A DNA stretch of 64,000 bases from Eledone cirrhosa (lineage: Eukaryota): assembly GCA_964016885.1 (NCBI GenBank), contig OZ024741.1:408518001-408582000 (forward strand), read 5' to 3'. Positions 53,101 to 64,000 of the stretch are shown here, one piece after another. Position numbers and translations under genes: made by a program. Below the pieces are notes generated by a model that saw nothing but the letters and a program-made list of their open reading frames with translations, had not been told where the DNA came from and did no database searches. Position 1 is the stretch's first letter; every line of letters begins with the position of its first letter.

Positions 53101-56100
53101 CATACAACACATAATCAGATAATACACACATCTAGGACCACATATAACACATAATCAGATAATACACACATCTAGGACCACATTTAACACATAATCAGAT
53201 AATACACACATCTAGGACCACATATAACACATAATCAGATAATACACACATCTAGGACCACATTTAACACATAATCAGATAATACACACATCTAGGACCA
53301 CATATAACACATAATCAGATAATACACACATCTAGGACCACATTTAGCACATAATCAGATAATACACACATCTAGGTCCACATATAACACATAATCAGAT
53401 AATACACACATCTAGGACCACATACAACACATAATCAGATAATACACTCATCTAGGACCACATACAACACATAATCAGATAATACACACATCTAGGACGA
53501 TATACAACACATAATCAGATAATACACACATCTAGGGCCACATACAACACATAATCAGATAATACACACATCTAGGGCCACATACAACACATAATCAGAT
53601 AATACACACATCTAGGACCACATACAACACATAATCAGATAATACACACATCTAGGACCACATACAACACATAATCAGATAATACACACATCTAGAACCA
53701 CATACAACACATAATCAGATAATACACACATCTAGGACGATATACAACACATAATCAGATAATACACACATCTAGGGCCACATACAACACATAATCAGAT
53801 AATACACACATCTAGGACCACATACAACACATAATCACATAATACACACATCTAGGACCACATACAACACATAATCAGATAATACACACATCTAGGACCT
53901 CATATAACACATAATCAGATGATACACACTTCTAGGACCACTTTTAACACATAATCAGATAATACACACATCTAGGACCACATATAACACATAATCAGAT
54001 AATACACACATCTAGGACCACATTTAACACATAATCAGATAATACACACATCTAGGACCACATATAACACATAATCAGATAATACACACATCTAGGACCA
54101 CATTTAACACATAATCAGATAATACACACATCTAGGTCCACATATAACACATAATCAGATAATACACACATCTAGGACCACATACAACACATAATCAGAT
54201 AATACACACATCTAGGACCACATTTAACACATAATCAGATAATACACACATCTAGGTCCACATATAACACATAATCAGATAATACACACATCTAGGACCA
54301 CATACAACACATAATCAGATAATACACACATCTAGGACCACATTTAACACATAATCAGATAATACACACATGTAGGACGATATACAACACATAATCAGAT
54401 AATACACACATCTAGGACCACATACAACACATAATCAGATAATACACACATCTAGGACCACATACAACAGATAATCAGATAATACACACATCTAGCACCA
54501 CATACAACACATAATCAGATAATACACACATCTAGGACCACATATAACACATAATCAGATAATACACACATCTAGGACCACATACAACACATAATCAGAT
54601 AATACACACATCTAGGACAACATACAACACATAATCAGATAATACACACATCTAGGACGATATACAACACATAATCAGATAATACACACATCTAGGGCCA
54701 CATACAACACATAATCAGATAATACACACATCTAGGACCACATAAAACACATAATCAGATAATACACACATCTAGGATCACATACAACACATAATGAGAT
54801 AATACACACATCTAGGACCACATACAACACATAATCAGATAATACACACATCTAGGACCACATTTAACACATAATCAGATAATACACGCATCTAGGACCA
54901 CATTTAACACATAATCAGATAATACACACATCTAGGACCACATACACCAAATAATCAGATAATACACACATCTAGGACCACATACAACACATAATCAGAT
55001 AATACACACATCTAGAACCACATACAACACATAATCAGATAATACACACATCTAGGACGATATACAACACATAATCAGATAATACACACATCTAGGACCA
55101 CATATAACACATAATCAGATAATACACACATCTAGGACTACATACAACACATAATCAGATAATACACACATCTAGGACCACATACAACACATAATCAGAT
55201 AATACACACATCTAGGACCACATACAACACACAATCAGATAATACACACATCTAGAACGACATACAACACATAATCAGATAATACACACATCTAGGACCA
55301 CATACAACACATAATCAGATAATACACACACATCTAGGACCACATACAACACATAATCAGATAATACACACATCTAGGACCACATATAACACATAATCAG
55401 ATAATACACACATCTAGGACCACATACAACACACAATCAGATAATACACACATCTAGAACGACATACAACACATAATCAGATAATACACACATCTAGGAC
55501 CACATACAACACATAATCAGATAATACACACACATCTAGGACCACATACAACACATAATCAGATAATACACACATCTAGGACCACATACAACACATAATC
55601 AGATAATACACACATCTAGGACGATATACAACACATAATCAGATAATACACACATCTAGGGCCACATACAACACATAATCAGATAATACACACATCTAGG
55701 GCCACATACAACACATAATCAGATAATACACACATCTAGGACCACATACAACACATAATCAGATAATACACACATCTAGGACCACATACAACACATAATC
55801 AGATAATACACACATCTAGAACCACATACAACACATAATCAGATAATACACACATCTAGGACGATATACAACACATAATCAGATAATACACACATCTAGG
55901 GCCACATACAACACCTAATCAGATAATACACACATCTAGGACCACATACAACACATAATCACATAATACACACATCTAGGACCACATACAACACATAATC
56001 AGATAATACACACATCTAGGACCACATATAACACATAATCAGATAATACACACATCTAGGACCACATTTAACACATAATCAGATAATACACACATCTAGG

Positions 56101-59100
56101 ACCACATATAACACATAATCAGATAATACACACATCTAGGACCACATTTAACACATAATCAGATAATACACACATCTAGGACCACATATAACACATAATC
56201 AAATAATACACACATCTAGGAACACATTTAACACATAATCAGATAATACACACATCTAGGTCCACATATAACACATAATCAGATAATACACACATCTAGG
56301 ACCACATACAACACATAATCAGATAATACACTCATCTAGGACCACATACAACACATAATCAGATAATACACACATCTAGGACGATATACAACACATAATC
56401 AGATAATACACACATCTAGGGCCACATACAACACATAATCAGATAATACACACATCTAGGGCCACATACAACACATAATCAGATAATACACACATCTAGG
56501 ACCACATACAACACATAATCAGATAATACACACATCTAGGACCACATACAACACATAATCAGATAATACACACATCTAGAACCACATACAACACATAATC
56601 AGATAATACACACATCTAGGACGATATACAACACATAATCAGATAATACACACATCTAGGGCCACATACAACACATAATCAGATAATACACACATCTAGG
56701 ACCACATACAACACATAATCACATAATACACACATCTAGGACCACATACAACACATAATCAGATAATACACACATCTAGGACCTCATATAACACATAATC
56801 AGATGATACACACTTCTAGGACCACTTTTAACACATAATCAGATAATACACACATCTAGGACCACATATAACACATAATCAGATAATACACACATCTAGG
56901 ACCACATTTAACACATAATCAGATAATACACACATCTAGGACCACATACAACACATAATCAGATAATACACACATCTAGGACGATATACAACACATAATC
57001 AGATAATACACACATCTAGGACCATATATAACACATAATCAGATAATACACACATCTAGGACTACATACAACACATAATCAGATAATACACACATCTAGG
57101 ACCACATACAACACATAATCAGATAATACACACATCTAGGACCACATACAACACACAATCAGATAATACACACATCTAGAACGACATACAACACATAATC
57201 AGATAATACACACATCTAGGACCACATACAACACATAATCAGATAATACACACACATCTAGGACCACATACAACACATAATCAGATAATACACACATCTA
57301 GGACCACATATAACACATAATCAGATAATACACACATCTAGGACCACATACAACACACAATCAGATAATACACACATCTAGAACGACATACAACACATAA
57401 TCAGATAATACACACATCTAGGACCACATACAACACATAATCAGATAATACACACATCTAGGACCACATACAACACATAATCAGATAATACACACATCTA
57501 GAACCACATACAACACATAATCAGATAATACACACATCTAGGACGATATACAACACATAATCAGATAATACACACATCTAGGGCCACATACAACACCTAA
57601 TCAGATAATACACACATCTAGGACCACATACAACACATAATCACATAATACACACATCTAGGACCACATACAACACATAATCAGATAATACACACATCTA
57701 GGACCACATATAACACATAATCAGATAATACACACATCTAGGACCACATTTAACACATAATCAGATAATACACACATCTAGGACCACATATAACACATAA
57801 TCAGATAATACACACATCTAGGACCACATTTAACACATAATCAGATAATACACACATCTAGGACCACATATAACACATAATCAGATAATACACACATCTA
57901 GGACCACATTTAACACATAATCAGATAATACACACATCTAGGTCCACATATAACACATAATCAGATAATACACACATCTAGGACCACATACAACACATAA
58001 TCAGATAATACACTCATCTAGGACCACATACAACACATAATCAGATAATACACACATCTAGGACGATATACAACACATAATCAGATAATACACACATCTA
58101 GGGCCACATACAACACATAATCAGATAATACACACATCTAGGGCCACATACAACACATAATCAGATAATACACACATCTAGGACCACATACAACACATAA
58201 TCAGATAATACACACATCTAGGACCACATACAACACATAATCAGATAATACACACATCTAGAACCACATACAACACATAATCAGATAATACACACATCTA
58301 GGACGATATACAACACATAATCAGATAATACACACATCTAGGGCCACATACAACACATAATCAGATAATACACACATCTAGGACCACATACAACACATAA
58401 TCACATAATACACACATCTAGGACCACATACAACACATAATCAGATAATACACACATCTAGGACCTCATATAACACATAATCAGATGATACACACTTCTA
58501 GGACCACTTTTAACACATAATCAGATAATACACACATCTAGGACCACATATAACACATAATCAGATAATACACACATCTAGGACCACATTTAACACATAA
58601 TCAGATAATACACACATCTAGGACCACATATAACACATAATCAGATAATACACACATCTAGGACCACATTTAACACATAATCAGATAATACACACATCTA
58701 GGTCCACATATAACACATAATCAGATAATACACACATCTAGGACCACATACAACACATAATCAGATAATACACACATCTAGGACCACATTTAACACATAA
58801 TCAGATAATACACACATCTAGGTCCACATATAACACATAATCAGATAATACACACATCTAGGACCACATACAACACATAATCAGATAATACACACATCTA
58901 GGACCACATTTAACACATAATCAGATAATACACACATGTAGGACGATATACAACACATAATCAGATAATACACACATCTAGGACCACATACAACACATAA
59001 TCAGATAATACACACATCTAGGACCACATACAACAGATAATCAGATAATACACACATCTAGCACCACATACAACACATAATCAGATAATACACACATCTA

Positions 59101-59290
59101 GGACCACATATAACACATAATCAGATAATACACACATCTAGGACCACATACAACACATAATCAGATAATACACACATCTAGGACAACATACAACACATAA
59201 TCAGATAATACACACATCTAGGACGATATACAACACATAATCAGATAATACACACATCTAGGGCCACATACAACACATAATCAGATAATA
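50170..59290. repeat. Tandem duplication, offset 4566 bp (114 monomers + 6 bp), each copy containing an internal 1682-bp duplication
   Basis: GGACCTCATA T at 52218/53900/56784/58466 (1682 and 4566 spacings). CAACAGATAA G at 54470/59036. ACACCTAATC and ACACTCATC each occur four times with the same spacings. Confidence 0.92.
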
Positions 59291-62200
59291 CACACATCTA
59301 GGACCACATACAACACATAATCACATAATACACACATCTAGGACCACATACAACACATAATCAGATAATACACACATCTAGGACCACATATAACACATAA
59401 TCAGATAATACACACATCTAGGACCACATTTAACACATAATCAGATAATACACACATCTAGGACCACATATAACACATAATCAGATAATACACACATCTA
59501 GGACCACATTTAACACATAATCAGATAATACATACATCTAGGACCACATATAACACATAATCAGATAATACACACATCTAGGACCACATTTAACACATAA
59601 TCAGATAATACACACATCTAGGTCCACATATAACACATAATCAGATAATACACACATCTAGGACCACATACAACACATAATCAGATAATACACACATCTA
59701 GGACGATATACAACACATAATCAGATAATACACACATCTAGGACCACATACAACACATAATCAGATAATACACACATCTAGGACCACATACAACACATAA
59801 TCAGATAATACACACATCTAGGACGATATACAACACATAATCAGATAATACACACATCTAGGACCACATACAACACATAATCAGATAATACACACATCTA
59901 GGACCACATACAACACATAATCAGATAATACACACATCTAGCACCACATACAACACATAATCAGATAATACACACATCTAGGACCACATATAACACATAA
60001 TCAGATAATACACACATCTAGGACCACATACAACACATAATCAGATAATACACACATCTAGAACCACATACAACACATAATCAGATAATACACACATCTA
60101 GGACGATATACAACACATAATCAGATAATACACACATCTAGGACCACATATAACACATAATCAGATAATACACACATCTAGGACTACATACAACACATAA
60201 TCAGATAATACACACATCTAGGACCACATACAACACATAATCAGGTAATACACACATCTAGGACCACATACAACACACAATCAGATAATACACACATCTA
60301 GAACGACATACAACACATAATCAGATAATACACACATCTAGGACCACATACAACACATAATCAGATAATACACACACATCTAGGACCACATACAACACAT
60401 AATCAGATAATACACACATCTAGGACCACATACAACACATAATCAGATAATACACACATCTAGGACAACATACAACACATAATCAGATAATACACACATC
60501 TAGGACCACATACAACACATAATCAGATAATACACACATCTAGGACGATATACAACACAAAATCAGATAATACACACATCTAGGGCCACATACAACACAT
60601 AATCAGATAATACACACATCTAGGGCCACATACAACACATAATCAGATAATACACACATCTAGGACCACATACAACACATAATCAGATAATACACACATC
60701 TAGGACCACATACAACACATAATCAGATAATACACACATCTAGAACCACATACAACACATAATCAGATAATACACACATCTAGGACGATATACAACACAT
60801 AATCAGATAATACACACATCTAGGGCTACATACAACACATAATCAGATAATACACACATCTAGGACCACATACAACACATAATCACATAATACACACATC
60901 TAGGACCACATACAACACATAATCAGATAATACACACATCTAGAACCACATACAACACATAATCAGATAATACAAACATCTTGAACCACATACAACACAT
61001 AATCAGATAATACACACATCTAGGACCACATACAACACATAATCAGATAATACACACATCAAGGACCACATACAACACATAATCAGATAATACACACATC
61101 TAGGGCCACATACATCACATAATCAGATAATACACACATCTAGGACCAAATACAACACATAATCAGATAATACACACATCTAAGACCACATACAAAACAT
61201 AATCAGATAATACAAACATCTAGAAACACATACAACACATAATCAGATAATACACACATCTAGGACCACATTTAACACATAATCAGATAATACACACATC
61301 TAGAACCACATATACACATAATCAGATAATACACACATCTAGGACCACATACAACACATAATCAGATAATACACACATCTAGAACCACATACAACACATA
61401 ATCAGATAATACACACATCTAGGACGATATACAACACATAATCAGATAATACACACATCTAGGACCACATATAACACATAATCAGATAATACACACATCT
61501 AGGACTACATACAACACATTATCAGATAATACACACATCTAGGACCACATACAACACATAATCAGATAATACACACATCTAGGACCACATACAACACATT
61601 ATCAGATAATACACACATCTAGAACCACATACAACACATAATCAGATAATACACACATCTAGGACCACATACAACACATAATCAGATAATACACACACAT
61701 CTAGGACCACATACAACACATAATCAGATAATACACACATCTAGGACGATATACAACACATAATCAGATAATACACACATCTAGGGCCACATACAACATA
61801 TAATCAGATAATACACACATCTAGGGCCACATACAACATATAATCAGATAATACACACATCTATGACAACATACAACACATAATCAGATAATACACACAT
61901 CTAGGAACACATACAACACATAATCAGATAATACACACATCTAGAACCACATACAACACATAATCAGATAATACACACATCTAGAACGACATACAACACA
62001 TAATCAGATAATACACACATCTAGGACCACATACAACACATAATCAGATAATACACACATCTAGAACCACATACAACACATAATCAGATAATACACACAT
62101 CTAGGACGATATACAACACATAATCAGATAATACACACATCTAGGACCACATACAACACATAATCAGATAATACACACATCTAGGACCACATAGAACACA

Positions 62201-64000
62201 TAATCAGATAATACACACATCTAGGACCACATACAACACATAATCAGATAATACACACATCTAGGACCACATACAACACATAATCAGATAATACACACAT
62301 CTAGGACCACATTTAACACATAATCAGATAATACACGCATCTAGGACCACATTTAACACATAATCAGATAATACACACATCTAGGACCACATACAACAGA
62401 TAATCAGATAATACACACATCTAGGACCACATACAACACATAATCAGATAATACACACATCTAGAACCACATACAACACATAATCAGATAATACACACAT
62501 CTAGGACGATATACAACACATAATCAGATAATACACACATCTAGGACCACATATAACACATAATCAGATAATACACACATCTAGGACTACATACAACACA
62601 TAATCAGATAATACACACATCTAGGACCACATACAACACATAATCAGATAATACACACATCTAGGACCACATACAACACACAATCAGATAATACACACAT
62701 CTAGAACGACATACAACACATAATCAGATAATACACACATCTAGGACCACATACAACACATAATCAGATAATACACACACATCTAGGACCACATACAACA
62801 CATAATCAGATAATACACACATCTAGGACCACATACAACACATAATCAGATAATACACACATCTAGGACCACATACAACACATAATCAGATAATACACAC
62901 ATCTAGGACCACATACAACACATAATCAGATAATACACACATCTAGGACGATATACAACACATAATCAGATAATACACACATCTAGGGCCACATACAACA
63001 CATAATCAGATAATACACACATCTAGGTCCACATACAACACATAATCAGATAATACACACATCTAGGACCACATACAACACATAATCAGATAATACACAC
63101 ATCTAGGACCACATACAACACATAATCAGATAATACACACATCTAGAACCACATACAACACATAATCAGATAATACACACATCTAGGACGATATACAACA
63201 CATAATCAGATAATACACACATCTAGGGCCACATACAACACATAATCACATAATACACACATCTAGGACCACATACAACACATAATCAGATAATACACAC
63301 ATCTAGGACCACATATAACACATAATCAGATAATACACACATCTAGGACCACATTTAACATATAATCAGATAATACACACATCTAGGACCACATATAACA
63401 CATAATCAGATAATACACACATCTAGGACCACATTTAACACATAATCAGATAATACACACATCTAGGAACACATATAACACATAATCAGATAATACACAC
63501 ATCTAGGACCACATTTAACACTTAATCAGATAATACACACATCTAGGTCCACATATAACACATAATCAGATAATACACACATCTAGGACCACATACAACA
63601 CATAATCAGATAATACACACATCTAGGACCACATTTAACACATAATCAGATAATACACACATCTAGGACCACATATAACACATAATCAGATAATACACAC
63701 ATCTAGGACCACATACAACACATAATCAGATAATACACACATCTAGAACCACATACAACACATAATCAGATAATACACACATGTAGGACGATATACAACA
63801 CATATTCAGATAATACACACATCTAGGACCACATACAACACATAATCAGATAATACACACATCTAGGACCACATACAACACATAATCAGATAATACACAC
63901 ATCTAGGACCACATACAACACATAATCAGATAATACACACATCTAGGACGATATACAACACATAATCAGATAATACACACATCTAGGGCCACATACAACA

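Larger units (their letters stand above)
1..64000. repeat. 40-bp tandem satellite array, about 1,600 monomers, single orientation, extends beyond both window edges
   Basis: Consensus ATCAGATAATACACACATCTAGGACCACATACAACACATA (e.g. 41-80) repeats continuously to the last base. Most monomers differ from it by 0-2 substitutions. Consensus composition is A19 C11 T7 G3 (35% GC). Only 1-2 bp indels shift the phase (net +20 by 20701, +44 by 63965). Confidence 0.99.

Noticed and set aside
1-64000. CRISPR array (constant ~30-bp repeat plus variable segment)
   Set aside because: The variable part is only ~10 bp and consists of point variants of one sequence reused hundreds of times, not unique 25-45 bp spacers. 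No leader or cas genes are present.
1-64000. Repetitive protein-coding ORF on either strand
   Set aside because: The 40-bp period is not a multiple of 3, so any frame passes through all three phases every 120 bp. The + strand has TAA (positions 7-9 and 39-41) and TAG (20-22) and the - strand has TAG and TGA in each monomer, so open frames stay at about 120 nt or less in the standard code.
1-64000. Canonical telomerase-synthesised telomere or G-quadruplex array
   Set aside because: There is no TTAGGG-like unit and the G-rich strand has only isolated GG. The 40-bp unit is longer than telomerase repeats I know of, and variants are inherited in kb-scale blocks, indicating recombinational amplification rather than templated addition.
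1-64000. Rolling-circle/MDA concatemer or pure sequencing artefact
   Set aside because: A concatemer of one template would show identical units with random errors or one fixed period. Here variants recur in nested blocks of many different periods with private differences. Individual near-identical blocks could still be assembly errors.
1-64000. Plasmid iterons, phage attachment repeats or a diversity-generating/antigenic-variation cassette system
   Set aside because: No associated rep, recombinase, reverse transcriptase or expression-site sequence is present, and the copy number is orders of magnitude beyond iteron arrays.
1-64000. Embedded transposon, inversion or unique island hidden in the array
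   Set aside because: Reading through all lines I found no break in the 40-bp register larger than 2 bp and no reverse-orientation monomers. The most divergent patch (60960-61330) is still clearly the same monomer.

Overview
The whole 64 kb window is one uninterrupted head-to-tail tandem array (satellite DNA) of a 40-bp monomer, consensus ATCAGATAATACACACATCTAGGACCACATACAACACATA. It holds about 1,600 copies in a single orientation and runs off both window ends. I see no genes, RNA genes, mobile elements, inversions or unique sequence, and I do not recognise the satellite family or the host. The information in the window lies in the variants. (i) The monomer is built from four degenerate ~10-bp CA(C/G)AT subunits. 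(ii) Common variation is confined to about 10 bp (monomer positions 23-32) next to a nearly constant ~30 bp. (iii) Variant monomers follow a stereotyped order, forming 2-mer and 6-mer higher-order motifs. (iv) Rare diagnostic variants reveal nested tandem duplications with offsets of 239, 1441, 1602, 1642, 1682, 2160, 2242, 3081, 3522, 4361, 4566, 4801/4881 and 5083/5322 bp, plus long-range matches at about 23.5 kb and 40 kb. (v) Two variant 'dialects' alternate in large domains. All offsets were read by eye from marker variants and block boundaries are approximate. I found no evidence for a novel protein-coding or CRISPR-like system.
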